Source: an uncultured Gemmatimonadales bacterium
GTDB taxonomy: Bacteria; Gemmatimonadota; Gemmatimonadetes; Longimicrobiales; Gaopeijiaceae
Direction of reading: 5' to 3'
NCBI GenBank assembly: GCA_963823035.1
Contig: CAWGKG010000014.1
Location: 160,001-224,000 of the forward strand
Length of the DNA: 64,000 nucleotides
Position 1 is the first letter of the stretch; each line of letters starts with the position of its first letter. Below are positions 20,530-33,302 of this stretch, piece after piece. The translations under genes were made by a program, and so were the position numbers. The notes under the pieces are model-generated. The model had not been told where the DNA came from. It searched no databases and saw nothing but the letters and a program-made list of their open reading frames with translations.

Positions 20530-20921
20530 CAGAACTCCAGACCTCCCTCACGAGCGCCTTCGGCGAAGGCTTTGACGCGCCCATGGTATTTGTAGCCGCC
20601 CCGGTCGAACACCACGGCGGTGATTCCCTGGGCCTTGGCCTTCGCCCCCAGGAGCTTCCCGGCGGCCTTGGCCTCCTCGACCCGGCGGTTCTTCCCCTCG
20701 GCCGAGAAGTCCTTCAGCTCCGATGCGAGCGTGGACAGCCCGACCAGCGTACGTCCGGCGTCGTCGTCGATGACCTGACCCTCGATGTTCCGCAGCGAAC
20801 GGTAGACGCACAGGCGCGGCCGCTCGGCCGTGCCCTGCACCTTGTTCCGGACACGGAGGTGCCGACGCTTCCGCTGGAGTCCGCGGTTCTTCCTGAGTTT
20901 GCTCTGTTTGATCATAGCCAT
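20529..20921 (-). CDS. rplR: 50S ribosomal protein L18 (start approximate)
   Basis: [26 protein letters not shown]. Confidence 0.96.
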   Translation of the reverse strand: MAMIKQSKLRKNRGLQRKRRHLRVRNKVQGTAERPRLCVYRSLRNIEGQVIDDDAGRTLVGLSTLASELKDFSAEGKNRRVEEAKAAGKLLGAKAKAQGITAVVFDRGGYKYHGRVKAFAEGAREGGLEF

Positions 20922-20923
20922 GG

Positions 20924-21463
20924 TCACGCCCCAGCCGTCTTGCCGGCCTTGCGCCGAATCTGCTCACCCTGATAGCGGACGCCCTTGCCCTTGTAGGGCT
21001 CGGGCGGCCGGAAACCGCGAATCTCCGCCGCGACCTGGCCCACGCTCTGCTTGTCGGGCCCGGACACGACGATGGTCGTCGGGTTCGGCAGCTCGATGTT
21101 CACGCCCGGGACGGGGGTGTAGTCGATCGTGTGCGAGAACCCGAGGCTGAGGGTGATCCCCTGCCCCTTCGCCTCGGCACGGTAGCCGACGCCCTGGATC
21201 TCGAGCGTACGCTTGAAGCCGTTGGTCACGCCTTCCACCATGTTGGCCACGAGCGAGCGCGTCAGGCCGTGGAGCGCCCTGTGCCGCTGCTGCTCCGAGG
21301 GCCGCTCGACGCGGATCTCCCCGTCGTCGATGGTCACCTTCATCTCGGCGTGGTAGGCCAGGGAAAGCTCTCCCTTCGGCCCCTTCACCCTGAGCGTGCC
21401 TCCGGCGTCGCTTGCATCCACGCCCTTCGGGATCGCGACCGGCAGCTTTCCGATTCTAGACAT
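20924..21463 (-). CDS. rplF: 50S ribosomal protein L6
   Basis: [21 protein letters not shown]. Confidence 0.98.
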   Translation of the reverse strand: MSRIGKLPVAIPKGVDASDAGGTLRVKGPKGELSLAYHAEMKVTIDDGEIRVERPSEQQRHRALHGLTRSLVANMVEGVTNGFKRTLEIQGVGYRAEAKGQGITLSLGFSHTIDYTPVPGVNIELPNPTTIVVSGPDKQSVGQVAAEIRGFRPPEPYKGKGVRYQGEQIRRKAGKTAGA

Positions 21464-21479
21464 CGTTCCGTTTCTCGCC

Positions 21480-21872
21480 TTACCAGACCTTCGCCATGAG
21501 CTCGCCGCCGACACCCTTGTCGCGGGCTCCCCGATCGGAGAGCACGCCGACGGACGTGGACAGGATCGCCATGCCGAGCCCGTTGCGGACGCGCGGGATC
21601 TCCGTGGCCGGCACGTAGTGCCGGCGCCCCGGCCTCGAGACGCGCTCGAGGTGCCGGATCACCGGCTGTCCCTCGTGATACTTGAGGTAGACCCGGAGGA
21701 CGCCGTGCTTGCCGTCGTCCAGGACCTTGTGATCGTGGATGTAGCGGTTCTCGGTGAGGACGCGGGCGACCTCGACCTTGAGCTTGGACACGGGCATGTC
21801 GGCCCACTTGTGCCCCGCCGTGACGGCGTTGCGCAGGCGGGTGAGCATGTCCGCGATCGGATCGGTCATCAT
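21480..21872 (-). CDS. rpsH: 30S ribosomal protein S8
   Basis: [32 protein letters not shown]. Confidence 0.98.
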   Translation of the reverse strand: MMTDPIADMLTRLRNAVTAGHKWADMPVSKLKVEVARVLTENRYIHDHKVLDDGKHGVLRVYLKYHEGQPVIRHLERVSRPGRRHYVPATEIPRVRNGLGMAILSTSVGVLSDRGARDKGVGGELMAKVW

Positions 21873-21887
21873 TTCGGTTTCTCGCCC

Positions 21888-22073
21888 CTACCAGCTCGAC
21901 TTACGGACTCCGGGGATCTCCCCACGGAGCGACATCTCGCGGAAGCAGATGCGGCAAAGGCCGAACTTGCGCAGGAATCCGCGCGGCCGGCCGCACCGCT
22001 GACAACGGTTCCTGTGGCGCGTGCTGAACTTCGGCTCGCCCTTCTGCTTTTCGATGAGCGCCTTCCTCGCCAT
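21888..22073 (-). CDS. rpsN: 30S ribosomal protein S14, short Zn-binding type
   Basis: 61 aa, RCQRCGRPR...LCRICFRE...PGVRKSSW. Confidence 0.97.
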   Translation of the reverse strand: MARKALIEKQKGEPKFSTRHRNRCQRCGRPRGFLRKFGLCRICFREMSLRGEIPGVRKSSW

Positions 22074-22092
22074 GCTCTCGTATCTCCTGTCG

Positions 22093-22662
22093 TCAGGCGG
22101 CGCCGACCGGGACCGGCACCGTATCGCGGAATGGGAAGCCCATTTCGCGGAGCAGCGCGAAGGCCTCGTCGTCCTTGTTCGTGGACGTCACGATCGTGAT
22201 GTCCATGCCATGGATCTTGTTCACCCGGTCGTAGTTGATCTCCGGGAAGATGATCTGCTCCTTCACGCCGATGGTGTAGTTGCCACGGCCGTCGAAGGAA
22301 CGCGTGGGCAGCCCGCGGAAGTCACGGATACGCGGGATGGCCGTCGCGATCAGCCGGTCCAGGAAGAACCACATCCGCTCCTGGCGCAGCGTGACCGAGA
22401 CGCCGACCGGCATCCCTTCGCGCAGGGAGAAGTTCGAGATCGACTTGCGCGCCTTGTTCACCACGGCGCGCTGGCCCGTGATCGCGCCCAACTCGTCCTG
22501 GACGCTCTGCAGGAGCTTCTGGTCCTTGGACGCGTCACCGACGCCCACGTTCAGAACGATCTTCATGATCCGCGGGACGCGGTGCGGGTTCGTGAAGCCG
22601 AACTCCGCCTGGAGCTTGGCCCGCGCCTGCGTGGAGTAATGTGTCTTGAGCCTGGGTTCCAT
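22093..22662 (-). CDS. rplE: 50S ribosomal protein L5
   Basis: [25 protein letters not shown]. Confidence 0.98.
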   Translation of the reverse strand: MEPRLKTHYSTQARAKLQAEFGFTNPHRVPRIMKIVLNVGVGDASKDQKLLQSVQDELGAITGQRAVVNKARKSISNFSLREGMPVGVSVTLRQERMWFFLDRLIATAIPRIRDFRGLPTRSFDGRGNYTIGVKEQIIFPEINYDRVNKIHGMDITIVTSTNKDDEAFALLREMGFPFRDTVPVPVGAA

Positions 22663-22671
22663 GTCTCTGCC

Positions 22672-23008
22672 TTACTGCGGCCTCGGAATCGGATTGCCGC
22701 TCTTCACGGAAATCCGCTCCTTGGTGCCGTCGTCCTCGATGCGCACGCGTACCCGGCTGGGCTCGCCCGAGCGCCGGATCGATGAGCATCACGTTCGAGA
22801 TGTCGATGGGCGCCTCGAAGGAGATGATGCCTCCGTCGGGGTTCGCCTGGCTCGGCCGTTGGTGCCGCTTGCGGGTGTTCACGCCCTCGACGCGCACGCG
22901 GCCGGCGTCCCTCAGTACCTCGAGCACCGTGCCTTCCATGTCGCGGTAGTTACCCCGGATGACGCGCACACGGTCGCCCTTCAGGATCTGGTGCTTGCGC
23001 GCGGCCAT
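22672..23008 (-). CDS. rplX: 50S ribosomal protein L24 (apparent +1 frameshift near 22775)
   Basis: KGDRVRVIRG, VEGVN, EAPIDISNVML; shifted tail GEPSRVR...DGTKERISVKSGNPIPRPQ, TAA at 22672. Confidence 0.93.
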
Positions 23009-23376
23009 CAGAGCACCTCGGGCGCAAGGGAAACGATCTTCATGTACCTCTTCTCGCGCAGCTCACGGCCCACCGGGCCGAAGATACGGGTCCCGCGGGG
23101 CTCGCCCTGCGGGTTGATGATCACCGCAGCGTTGTCGTCGAAGCGGATGTACGTGCCGTCCTTCCGGCGCGTCTCCTTGGCCGTGCGCACCACCACGGCC
23201 TTGACCACGTCGCCCTTTTTGATCCCGGCGTTCGGGATGGCGTCCTTCACCGTGGCCACGATGACGTCGCCCACGCCGGCATAGCGGCGTCGCGAGCCAC
23301 CCAGGACGCGAATGCACAGCGCCGTCTTGGCTCCGGTGTTGTCCGCGATCCGGAGGATCGACTCCTGCTGGATCAT
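23008..23376 (-). CDS. rplN: 50S ribosomal protein L14
   Basis: [32 protein letters not shown]. Confidence 0.98.
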   Translation of the reverse strand: MIQQESILRIADNTGAKTALCIRVLGGSRRRYAGVGDVIVATVKDAIPNAGIKKGDVVKAVVVRTAKETRRKDGTYIRFDDNAAVIINPQGEPRGTRIFGPVGRELREKRYMKIVSLAPEVL

Positions 23377-23413
23377 CTCAGTGTCTCTCTGTCTCTTTCA
23401 GTTCCGCAGCGCT

Positions 23414-23716
23414 TCAAACAGGACGCTCGATCAGCTCGACGACGCGCCACCGCTTCGTCTTCGACAGCGGCCGCGTCTCCTGAATCCGGACCACGTCGCC
23501 CGTCCTGTACTCGTTCTTCTCGTCGTGCGCATGGTACTTCTTCGAGCGCTTCACACCCTTCCCGTACAGGGGGTGCGCGAACCGCCGCTCGACCACCACG
23601 GTCACGGTCTTGTCGGACTTGTCGCTCGCGATGACGCCGACGCGCGACTTCCGACGGTTGCCACGGGCCTCACCGGCCGTCGCGGCTTCGTTCTGCTGAA
23701 CTTCGGTCTCGCTCAT
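23414..23716 (-). CDS. rpsQ: 30S ribosomal protein S17
   Basis: [30 protein letters not shown]. Confidence 0.97.
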   Translation of the reverse strand: MSETEVQQNEAATAGEARGNRRKSRVGVIASDKSDKTVTVVVERRFAHPLYGKGVKRSKKYHAHDEKNEYRTGDVVRIQETRPLSKTKRWRVVELIERPV

Positions 23717-23732
23717 GTTCTACCTGTGCGTG

Positions 23733-23933
23733 TCAGCCATTCTCGGCGAGCTCGCGCTCGCGGAGGATCGTCTTGAGGCGCGCGATGTCGCGCCGGATGT
23801 GCTTGAGCAGAGTCGGGTTCTCGAGCTCCATCATGGACGCCTGGAAGCGCAGCCTGAACCGCTCCTCCTTCAGCTCCTTGACGCGAGCGTTGATCTCGAC
23901 CTCGTCCCACTCCCGGATATCTTCGGCCTTCAT
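23733..23933 (-). CDS. rpmC: 50S ribosomal protein L29
   Basis: MKAEDIRE...FRLRFQ...[11 protein letters not shown]. Confidence 0.96.
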   Translation of the reverse strand: MKAEDIREWDEVEINARVKELKEERFRLRFQASMMELENPTLLKHIRRDIARLKTILRERELAENG

Positions 23934-23943
23934 CCGTTGGCTC

Positions 23944-24360
23944 CTACAGCTGCTGGTCGCGGATGACGAAGCGGGTCTTGATCGGCAGCTTGGCCGCGGC
24001 CAGCTCCATCGCGCGCTGCGCCATCTTCGTGTCCACACCTTCGAGCTCGAACATCACCCGGCCCGGCTTCACGACCGCCACCCATCCCTCGGGGTTGCCC
24101 TTTCCCTTCCCCATCCGCGTCTCCGCCGGCTTGGAAGTGATGGGCTTGTCCGGAAAGATGCGGATCCAGACCTTCCCGCCGCGCTTGATGTGGCGGGTCA
24201 TCGCCACACGCGCGGCTTCGATCTGGCGGTTGCTGATCCAGGCGGGCTCGATGGCCTGCAAGCCATACTCCCCGAAGGACACCTTGTTGCCCCGGGTGGC
24301 CTTGCCGCTCATGCGGCCCTTGAACTGCTTGCGGTATTTGACCCGCTTCGGCGCTAGCAT
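23944..24360 (-). CDS. rplP: 50S ribosomal protein L16
   Basis: [20 protein letters not shown]. Confidence 0.98.
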   Translation of the reverse strand: MLAPKRVKYRKQFKGRMSGKATRGNKVSFGEYGLQAIEPAWISNRQIEAARVAMTRHIKRGGKVWIRIFPDKPITSKPAETRMGKGKGNPEGWVAVVKPGRVMFELEGVDTKMAQRAMELAAAKLPIKTRFVIRDQQL

Positions 24361-24382
24361 CGTCTAGACCTCGTCAGCCTCT

Positions 24383-25042
24383 TCAGGAGCCCGTGGAGTA
24401 CGTGCGGCCGGGCCGTTCCTCGACAACCTCACCCTTGAAGATCCAGCACTTCACGCCGATCACACCGTACGTGGTGAAGGCGTGGATCTGCGCGTAGTCG
24501 ATGTCGGCACGGAGGGTGTGCAGGGGCACGCGGCCCTCGTTGTAGCCCTCGGTGCGTGCGATCTCGGCGCCGCCCAGCCGGCCGGCGCACTGGATCTTGA
24601 TGCCTTCCGCGCCTGCGCGGATCGCGGACTGCACGGCACGCTTCATGGCGCGGCGGAACGAGATCCGCTGGCGCAGCTGGTGGGCGACGTTCTCCGCCAC
24701 CAGGTACGCCTCGACCTCGGGCCGCTTGATCTCCTCGACGTTCACGGAGATCTCGGCGTTCGTGAGCACGGCCAACTCGTCGCGCAGCTTGTCGACCTCC
24801 GAACCGCGCTTGCCGATCACGACGCCGGGGCGCGCGGTATGGAGCGTCACGACGATCTTGCTCGGCTTGCGCTCGATGTCGATCTCGGCCAAGGCCGCGT
24901 GCGACAGGCGGCGGCGGAGATACTTGCGGATCGTCTCGTCCTCCATGAGGAGGCGGGGGAAGTCGCGCTCCGCATACCAGCGGGACCTCCAGTCCTTGAC
25001 GATCCCGAGTCGAAAGCCGTGGGGATGTGTCTTCTGACCCAT
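24383..25042 (-). CDS. rpsC: 30S ribosomal protein S3
   Basis: [34 protein letters not shown]. Confidence 0.98.
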   Translation of the reverse strand: MGQKTHPHGFRLGIVKDWRSRWYAERDFPRLLMEDETIRKYLRRRLSHAALAEIDIERKPSKIVVTLHTARPGVVIGKRGSEVDKLRDELAVLTNAEISVNVEEIKRPEVEAYLVAENVAHQLRQRISFRRAMKRAVQSAIRAGAEGIKIQCAGRLGGAEIARTEGYNEGRVPLHTLRADIDYAQIHAFTTYGVIGVKCWIFKGEVVEERPGRTYSTGS

Positions 25043-25398
25043 CAGTTCGCTTCCTTGGTGTCCACCACGACAGTGATGTGGCTCGTGCGATGCCGGCGCG
25101 GCGCCGCACGTCCCTGCGCGGCCGCCTTCCACCGGCGCAGCGTGGGTCCCTCGTCGACGAACGCCTCGCGCACGAAGAGATCGTCCACGTCGAGCACGCC
25201 TCCTCCGTCCTGCGCCTTCACCTGCGCGTTCGCCACCGCGGAGCGGAGGGTCTTCCCCACCGGCTCCGAGGCGCTCTTCTTCGAGAACTGCAGGATGCCG
25301 TAGGCCTCGTTGACCGACTTGCCGCGGATCTGATCCACGACGAGCCGCACCTTACGTGCGCTCATGCGGATGTGCCGGGCGATCGCTTTCGCTTCCAT
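25042..25398 (-). CDS. rplV: 50S ribosomal protein L22
   Basis: [32 protein letters not shown]. Confidence 0.97.
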   Translation of the reverse strand: MEAKAIARHIRMSARKVRLVVDQIRGKSVNEAYGILQFSKKSASEPVGKTLRSAVANAQVKAQDGGGVLDVDDLFVREAFVDEGPTLRRWKAAAQGRAAPRRHRTSHITVVVDTKEAN

Positions 25399-25409
25399 GA
25401 CGTGCTCTC

Positions 25410-25697
25410 CTACCTGGCCTTGGCCCGCTTGTCGGCCAGCTTGCCGCCGTGGCCCCGGAACAGGCGGGTCGGCGAGAACTCACCCAGCTTGTGGCCCACC
25501 ATGTTCTCGGTGATGTACACGGGGATGAACTTGTTCCCGTTGTGCACGGCCACCGTGTGGCCGACGAACTCCGGGGAGATCGTGGAGGCACGAGCCCACG
25601 TCTTGAGCACCTTCTTCTCACCGCGGGAGTTCATGATCTCCACCCGCAGGAGCAGGCGGTCGTTGATGAAGGGCCCCTTCTTTACGCTCCGTGGCAT
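25410..25697 (-). CDS. rpsS: 30S ribosomal protein S19
   Basis: [21 protein letters not shown]. Confidence 0.98.
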   Translation of the reverse strand: MPRSVKKGPFINDRLLLRVEIMNSRGEKKVLKTWARASTISPEFVGHTVAVHNGNKFIPVYITENMVGHKLGEFSPTRLFRGHGGKLADKRAKAR

Positions 25698-25738
25698 CTC
25701 TCAGACCTCGACTCGAGCCGTATTCCGAATCCGATCCA

Positions 25739-26578
25739 CTACTGCGTGGCCTTGCCGCGACGGCGGCCACGCACGATCAGCTTCTGCGATTCCTTCTTCT
25801 TGTCCCTCGTCTTCTTCCCTTCGGGCTTGCCCCAGGGCGACACCGGAGGACGACCGCCGGAGGAGCGGCCCTCGCCGCCACCCAGCGGATGGTCGACCGG
25901 GTTCATGGCAACGCCCCGGACCTTCGGGCGCCGTCCCCGCCAGCGGTTCGCGCCGGCCTTGCCGAGCACCGTGAGCTCGTGGTCGCCGTTCCCCACCTCG
26001 CCGACCGTGGCCAGGCACTCCTTGCGCACCCGCCGCACCTCGGTCGAGGGGAGGCGGAGCGTCACGTGGTCGCCCTCCTTGGCCATCACCGACACACTCG
26101 AGCCGGCCGAGCGGGCCATCTGGCCACCCTTCCCCGGCTTCAGCTCGACGTTGTGCACCGAGGTGCCGAGCGGAACCAGCTCGAGCGGCAGGGCGCAACC
26201 GATGCGCACGTCCGCCTCGCGTCCCGAGGAGATGCGATCGCCGACGTTGAGCCCCTTCGGATGGAGGATGTAGCGCTTCTCCCCGTCCTCGTAGGTCACC
26301 AGGGCGATGTTCGCGGAGCGGTTCGGATCGTACTCGATCTCCGAGACGACCGCCGTCATGCCGACCTTGTCCCGCTTGAAGTCGACCCGCCGGTACTTCC
26401 GCTTGTGTCCGCCTCCACGCCGGCGCACGGTGATGTGGCCGTGGTGGTTGCGCCCACCCTTGCCGCTCAGCGACTCCGTGAGCGACCGCTCGGGCGTGCT
26501 GCGCGTGATGACGTCGCCGTCCAGCGTCGACCGGAACCGTGTGCCCGGCGTCATCGGCTTGAATTTCTTGATGCCCAT
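25739..26578 (-). CDS. rplB: 50S ribosomal protein L2
   Basis: [27 protein letters not shown]. Confidence 0.98.
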   Translation of the reverse strand: MGIKKFKPMTPGTRFRSTLDGDVITRSTPERSLTESLSGKGGRNHHGHITVRRRGGGHKRKYRRVDFKRDKVGMTAVVSEIEYDPNRSANIALVTYEDGEKRYILHPKGLNVGDRISSGREADVRIGCALPLELVPLGTSVHNVELKPGKGGQMARSAGSSVSVMAKEGDHVTLRLPSTEVRRVRKECLATVGEVGNGDHELTVLGKAGANRWRGRRPKVRGVAMNPVDHPLGGGEGRSSGGRPPVSPWGKPEGKKTRDKKKESQKLIVRGRRRGKATQ

Positions 26579-26580
26579 GG

Positions 26581-26892
26581 TCAACCGACCTCGTAGAGCT
26601 CGATGTGTTCACCCTCTGCGAGCTGCACCACGGCCTTCTTGTAGCCCGGGCGCCGACCCTTGCTCCAGTTCTTGGCCATGCGGCCGAGGAAGGAGCGGCG
26701 GGTCTTGCCGGCGTAGCGCATCGTGCGGACGTCCTTCACGGTCACGTCCCAGAGGCGCTCGACGGCTTGGCCGATCTCGATCTTGTTGGCGTCCACCGCC
26801 ACGATGAACGTGTAGACGCTGCGCGACTCCATCTGCTCGGAGGACTTCTCCGTCACCACCGGCGAGATGATCACGTCCTGAGGCTCACGCAT
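26581..26892 (-). CDS. rplW: 50S ribosomal protein L23
   Basis: [24 protein letters not shown]. Confidence 0.96.
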   Translation of the reverse strand: MREPQDVIISPVVTEKSSEQMESRSVYTFIVAVDANKIEIGQAVERLWDVTVKDVRTMRYAGKTRRSFLGRMAKNWSKGRRPGYKKAVVQLAEGEHIELYEVG

Positions 26893-27547
26893 CGCCGTCC
26901 TCCTCGCTCTCCGACGTCGCGTCGACCGTCGTCGTGTCCGTCATCCGCTCCATGGCGCTACGCTCGATGAGCACCACGCCCGCCCACAGCACATCGTAGA
27001 CCGACTCCTGACCGAACGGCATCACCGAGACGTTCTTCAGATTGCGCGCCGACAGGTACACGTTCTCCTTCTTGCCGTCCGTGAGGATCAGCACCTTGCC
27101 GACGACCTCGATCGACCCGAGGAAGTTCATGAGATCCCGGGTCTTCGGCTGCTCCAGCGCCGGAACGTCCACGAGCACCACGCGGTCGTTCTCGGCGCGG
27201 TCGTTCAGCGCCGAGCGGCGCGCGAGCGCCTTGACCTTCTTGGGCACGCGCTGACGCCACGAATGCGGGATGGGCGGGAACGCCCTGCCGCCGCCTTCCC
27301 ACTGCACGGCGCGGATGGTGCCCTGGCGGGCCCGACCCGTGCCCTTCTGGCGCCACGGCTTGCTGTTGCCGCCGGACACCTCGCTGCGGGTCTTGGCCGA
27401 AGCCGTCCCCTGCCGCTGGTTCGCGAGGAACGCCTTCACCACCTGGTGCATGACGCTCTCGTTCACGACGCCGTCGAAGAGGACGTCGGGCAGCGCCCGC
27501 GCCTTCCCCTTCTTGCCGTCTGCCTTGTAGTAGCGCGCCTTATACAT
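26885..27547 (-). CDS. rplD: 50S ribosomal protein L4
   Basis: RQGTASAKTRSEVSGG..KPWRQKGTGRARQG. Confidence 0.98.
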   Translation of the reverse strand: MYKARYYKADGKKGKARALPDVLFDGVVNESVMHQVVKAFLANQRQGTASAKTRSEVSGGNSKPWRQKGTGRARQGTIRAVQWEGGGRAFPPIPHSWRQRVPKKVKALARRSALNDRAENDRVVLVDVPALEQPKTRDLMNFLGSIEVVGKVLILTDGKKENVYLSARNLKNVSVMPFGQESVYDVLWAGVVLIERSAMERMTDTTTVDATSESEEDGDA

Positions 27548-27550
27548 GGC

Positions 27551-28171
27551 TCACTTCGAGATCAGGACGTAGCCGTCACGGGCCCCGGGGACCCCACCCT
27601 TCACGAAGAGCAGGTTCCTCTCGGGATCGACCCGGACCACCTGGATGTTGCGAATGCTCGTGCGCGTCCCGCCCATGCGTCCGGGGAGCTTCTTCCCCTT
27701 GATGACGCGGGACGGGTTCGTGCCGGGGCCGATCGAGCCGGGAGTGCGGGACATGGGATGTCCGTGCCCCCCGGGTCGGCCCGTGAAACCATGGCGCTTC
27801 ACCACGCCCTGGAACCCACGGCCCTTGGAGTGACCGGTGACCTTCACCCGGTCGCCCGCCTCGAACACCTCGACGGTGAGCTGCTGGCCCACCTCGTAGT
27901 CCTCTCCGTCTTCCAACCGGAAATCGCGGAGGACGCGGGGCGCCTGCTCGAGTCCCGCCTTCACGGCGTGACCGACCTGCGCCCGCGTGGCATGCTTCTC
28001 CTTCCGGGCTCCGAAGCCCAGCTGGATCGAGCGTATGCCACCGTTGTCGCTCTCCGATTTCACCTGCACGACCGGGCACGGACCGGCTTCGATGACAGTG
28101 ACGGGGATCTGACTCCCCTCCTCATCGAAGATCCGCGTCATGCCGATCTTTCTTCCGATCAATCCGGGCAT
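27551..28171 (-). CDS. rplC: 50S ribosomal protein L3
   Basis: [34 protein letters not shown]. Confidence 0.98.
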   Translation of the reverse strand: MPGLIGRKIGMTRIFDEEGSQIPVTVIEAGPCPVVQVKSESDNGGIRSIQLGFGARKEKHATRAQVGHAVKAGLEQAPRVLRDFRLEDGEDYEVGQQLTVEVFEAGDRVKVTGHSKGRGFQGVVKRHGFTGRPGGHGHPMSRTPGSIGPGTNPSRVIKGKKLPGRMGGTRTSIRNIQVVRVDPERNLLFVKGGVPGARDGYVLISK

Positions 28172-28187
28172 TTCCGGAGTTCCTCCG

Positions 28188-28496
28188 TCAGTCGACCTTG
28201 ATCTCGACGTCGACCCCTGCCGGCAAATCCAGCTTGGTCAACGCGTCGATCGTCTGCGGGCGGCTCTCCACGATGTCGATGAGCCGCTTGTGCGTCCGAA
28301 GCTCGAACTGCTCCCGGCTCTTCTTGTCCACGTGCGGGGAGCGAAGCACGGTCCAGCGCTGCCTGCGCGTCGGCAGGGGGATGGGCCCCCGTACCGTCGC
28401 GCCGGTCTTCTGCGCGGTGCGTACGATGTCGGCGGCGGTCTGGTCAACCACCCAGTGGTCGAACGCCTTCAGTCGGATTCGGATTCTTTCAGCCAT
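28188..28496 (-). CDS. rpsJ: 30S ribosomal protein S10
   Basis: [31 protein letters not shown]. Confidence 0.98.
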   Translation of the reverse strand: MAERIRIRLKAFDHWVVDQTAADIVRTAQKTGATVRGPIPLPTRRQRWTVLRSPHVDKKSREQFELRTHKRLIDIVESRPQTIDALTKLDLPAGVDVEIKVD

Positions 28497-28620
28497 TTCT
28501 CTCTCGGGTGGGGGGCCGGTGCGTGGCCCCCGCTGCGACTCGACCGCTCGGCCGCCGGGTATTCGCCCGGCTGGCCTTTCGGAAGGAGGGGACCTCTGGA
28601 GGCCCCCTCCTTCCTCGCCC

Positions 28621-29824
<1,204 letters not shown>

Positions 29825-29869
29825 GGCTCGTCCCTTGGTTCGATCGTCGTTCTTGGGTGAATGAACTAC

Positions 29870-31966
29870 TCAGCCGGCCCCGTTGGCGGACATGATCTCT
29901 TCCGCCTTCGATTTCGGGACCTCTTCGTAGTGGGCGAACTGCATCGTGTAGACGGCCCGACCCTGACTCAGGGAGCGGAGCGTCGTCGAGTAACCGAACA
30001 TCTCGCCGAGGGGGACCGAGGCGCCGATCACGCGGGCGCCCGCCCGCTCGGTCATCCCTCCGACCCGGCCACGCCGGGAGGAGAGGTCGCCGATGAGGTC
30101 ACCCATGTACTCCGCCGGGGTGACGACTTCGACGTCCATGACGGGCTCCAGCAGGACCGGCTTCGCCTTGCGGATCGCGTCCTTGATCGCCATCGAGCCC
30201 GCGATCTTGAACGCCATCTCGCTGGAGTCCACGTCGTGGTAGGAGCCGAACACCAGCTCCACCTTCACGTCGATGACCGGATAGCCGGCCAGGATGCCGT
30301 TGTCGAGCGCTTCGCGGATGCCCTGCTCCACCGGGCCGATGTACTCCCGGGGGATCACGCCACCGACGATCTTGTCCTCGAAGACGAAGCCGCTGCCCGG
30401 CTCGCCCGGCTCGACGTTGATGACGACGTGGCCGTACTGGCCGCGGCCGCCCGTCTGCCGCACGAACTTCCCCTCGACCTTCTCGGCGCGGCTGCGGATC
30501 GTCTCGCGGTACGCCACCTGAGGGCGACCCACGTTGGCCTCCACGCCGAACTCGCGGCGCAGACGGTCGACGATGATCTCGAGGTGCAACTCGCCCATGC
30601 CGGCGATGATCGTCTGGCTCGTCTCCGGGTCGGTGTGCACCCGGAACGTCGGATCCTCGTCGGCCAGCTTCGCGAGCCCGTTGCCGAGCTTGTCCTGGTC
30701 CGCCTTCGTCTTGGGCTCGATGGCCACCGCGATGACCGGCTCCGGGAACTTCATCGCCTCCAGGATGATCGGGGCGTTCTCGACGCAGAGCGTGTCGCCC
30801 GTCTTCACTTCCTTGAGTCCGATGGCCGCCGCGATGTCACCGGCGAACACCTCGTCCCGCTCCTCGCGCTTGTTGGCGTGCATCTGCAGGATGCGGCCCA
30901 CGCGCTCGCGGCGGTCCTTGGTGGCGTTGTACACGTAGCTGCCCGAGGGCAGCGAGCCCGAGTACACGCGGAAGAACGTCAGCTTACCGACGTACGGATC
31001 GGTGGCGATCTTGAACGCCAGCGCCGAGAAGGGCGCGTCGTCCGAGGGCGCGCGCGTGTCGTGCGTCTCGTCGTGGTACGGCAGGTGGCCCTGGATCGGG
31101 GGGACGTCCACCGGCGAAGGCAGGTAGTCGATCACGCCGTCCAGGAGGGCCTGCACGCCCTTGTTCTTGAACGCCGAGCCGCAGAACACCGGGAAGATCA
31201 CGCCCTTGATGGTGGCGGCCCGGATCGCGTGCCGGAACTCGTCGTTGGTGAGCTCCTGGCCCGCCAGGTACTTCTCGATCAGCTCGTCGTCGTGCTCGAT
31301 CGCCGCCTCGAGGAGCGTGTGACGCAGCTCCGCGACGATCTTCTTCTGTGCGTCGGGGATCTCGACCTTCGTGAACTTCGCGCCCAGCTCGTCCTCGAAG
31401 ACGATGGCCTCCTGCTCGACGATGTCCACGATGCCCGTGAAGAGCTCGCCCTCGCCGAGGGGATACTGGACCGGGTGGGCGTTGGCGCCCAGCCGCTCCT
31501 TCATCATGCCGACGACGTTCATGAAGTCGGCGCCGACGCGGTCCATCTTGTTGACGAACGCGATGCGCGGAACGCCGTAGCGGTCCGCCTGGCGCCACAC
31601 GGTCTCGGACTGCGGCTCGACGCCGCCGACCGCGCAGAACACGGCCACCGCACCGTCCAGCACCCGCAGGGACCGCTCCACCTCGGCGGTGAAGTCCACG
31701 TGCCCGGGGGTGTCGATGATGTTGATCCGGTACTCGGTGTCGCGGCGCTTCCAGTGGCAGGTCGTGGCCGCGGAGGTGATCGTGATGCCCCGCTCCTGCT
31801 CCTGCTCCATCCAGTCCATCGTCGCCGCGCCCTCGTGGACCTCGCCCATCTTGTGCACCCGCCCCGTGTAGAAGAGGATGCGCTCGGTGGTCGTGGTCTT
31901 CCCGGCATCGATGTGCGCCATGATGCCGATGTTCCGGAGCTGCGGCAGTGGCGTGATCCTGGGCAT
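29870..31966 (-). CDS. fusA: Elongation factor G
   Basis: [32 protein letters not shown]; 698 aa. Confidence 0.98.
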   Translation of the reverse strand: MPRITPLPQLRNIGIMAHIDAGKTTTTERILFYTGRVHKMGEVHEGAATMDWMEQEQERGITITSAATTCHWKRRDTEYRINIIDTPGHVDFTAEVERSLRVLDGAVAVFCAVGGVEPQSETVWRQADRYGVPRIAFVNKMDRVGADFMNVVGMMKERLGANAHPVQYPLGEGELFTGIVDIVEQEAIVFEDELGAKFTKVEIPDAQKKIVAELRHTLLEAAIEHDDELIEKYLAGQELTNDEFRHAIRAATIKGVIFPVFCGSAFKNKGVQALLDGVIDYLPSPVDVPPIQGHLPYHDETHDTRAPSDDAPFSALAFKIATDPYVGKLTFFRVYSGSLPSGSYVYNATKDRRERVGRILQMHANKREERDEVFAGDIAAAIGLKEVKTGDTLCVENAPIILEAMKFPEPVIAVAIEPKTKADQDKLGNGLAKLADEDPTFRVHTDPETSQTIIAGMGELHLEIIVDRLRREFGVEANVGRPQVAYRETIRSRAEKVEGKFVRQTGGRGQYGHVVINVEPGEPGSGFVFEDKIVGGVIPREYIGPVEQGIREALDNGILAGYPVIDVKVELVFGSYHDVDSSEMAFKIAGSMAIKDAIRKAKPVLLEPVMDVEVVTPAEYMGDLIGDLSSRRGRVGGMTERAGARVIGASVPLGEMFGYSTTLRSLSQGRAVYTMQFAHYEEVPKSKAEEIMSANGAG

Positions 31967-32025
31967 TCTATCTCGGGTCCTTCTGTAGTCCTTCGTGCGT
32001 AGCGCCCGGCTTCTGGGCTCGGGCG

Positions 32026-32090
32026 AAAAAAAGAGCGCGGCTCATATTGCTGCGGCCTCCAACGTGGAAGCTCGCAGACCGTCCGCGCTC
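32026..32090 (-). terminator. Terminator/attenuator-like stem with U7 tract between rpsG and fusA
   Basis: Minus strand gagcgcgg...ccgcgctc with an inner ctgcg/cgcag stem, then TTTTTTT. Confidence 0.5.
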
Positions 32091-32181
32091 ACCGTGACCG
32101 GAGAGGGCCCGCAGGCCATCGCGCGTCCCAAATTGTCTTGGCCCCTTCACCACGCGCGACGCGCGTGGTCGGGGGCGTCAC

Positions 32182-32652
32182 CTACCAGCGATAGTGGGCG
32201 AACGCCTTGTTCGCTTCCGCCATGCGGTGGGTGTCCTCCTTCTTCTTGATCGTCGATCCCTCGCTGCGGCTCGCCGCGAGGAGCTCGGCCGCCAGTCGCT
32301 CGGCCATGCTCTTCTCGGACCGCGCGCGGGCGAAGGAGATCAGCCAACGCACCGCCAACGCCGTCCGGCGCTCGGGCCGCACCTCGATGGGCACCTGGTA
32401 GGTCGCACCACCGACGCGCCGGCTCTTCACCTCGAGCGCGGGCTTCGCGTTGTTCAGGGCCTGCTGGAAGACGTTGAGCCCGGGCTGACCCGAGCGCTGC
32501 TCCAGCAGCTCCATCGCGGTGTAGAAGATCGATTCGGCCGTCGACTTCTTGCCGTCGAGCATGAGGCTGTTGATGAACTTCGTGACCGTCTGCGACTCGA
32601 ACCGCGGATCGGCAGGGGTCTCCCTGTGCTCGGCTTGCGAACGACGACTCAT
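32182..32652 (-). CDS. rpsG: 30S ribosomal protein S7
   Basis: [35 protein letters not shown]. Confidence 0.98.
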   Translation of the reverse strand: MSRRSQAEHRETPADPRFESQTVTKFINSLMLDGKKSTAESIFYTAMELLEQRSGQPGLNVFQQALNNAKPALEVKSRRVGGATYQVPIEVRPERRTALAVRWLISFARARSEKSMAERLAAELLAASRSEGSTIKKKEDTHRMAEANKAFAHYRW

Positions 32653-32663
32653 CGGATCTCCGT

Positions 32664-33035
32664 CTACTTGGGCCGCTTGGCCCCGTACTTGGAACGCGAC
32701 TGCCGCCGCCCGTCCACGCCCGAGGCGTCGAGCGTGCCGCGGATGATGTGGTAACGGACGCCGGGGAGGTCCTTCACACGGCCACCCCGGATGAGCACGA
32801 TCGAGTGCTCCTGCAGGTTGTGTCCCTCGCCGGGGATGTAGGCCGTGACCTCGTAGCCGTTCGTGAGGCGCACACGGGCGACCTTCCGAAGCGCCGAGTT
32901 CGGCTTCTTCGGCGTCGTCGTGTACACACGCGTGCAGACCCCGCGCTTCTGCGGGTTCTTCTGGAGCGCCGGCGCCTTGTTCTTCTTCGTGACGGCCTGG
33001 CGGCCCTTCCGCACGAGCTGGCTGATGGTCGGCAT
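32664..33035 (-). CDS. rpsL: 30S ribosomal protein S12
   Basis: [31 protein letters not shown]. Confidence 0.98.
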   Translation of the reverse strand: MPTISQLVRKGRQAVTKKNKAPALQKNPQKRGVCTRVYTTTPKKPNSALRKVARVRLTNGYEVTAYIPGEGHNLQEHSIVLIRGGRVKDLPGVRYHIIRGTLDASGVDGRRQSRSKYGAKRPK

Positions 33036-33129
33036 GGATCCCCGATTCGTGAAAAAACGCGTCCTGGACCCCTTGGTCGTGACGCGCTCGGCCGCTCGGA
33101 CCCCGAGGGGCCTTGCGACAGAGCATGGA

Positions 33130-33158
33130 AAGGTAGAAGGCACTCCAGGGGGTGTCAA
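33130..33158 (-). promoter_or_regulatory. Sigma70-type promoter of the str operon
   Basis: TTGACA (33158-33153), 17 bp, TACCTT (33135-33130), about 95 bp upstream of rpsL. Confidence 0.8.
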
Positions 33159-33302
33159 CGGGCGGGCGGCATTGTGCGGTGTGGGATTTCAGAGGGCACG
33201 CCTTCCCCTTTCTCCCGGGGATCGTGATACTCGTTGCGCCCGTTTCGCCGACCGACCGCGGAAGGGCCGCCGAGACCCGCCATCCCAGAAGGACCCTCCG
33301 CC

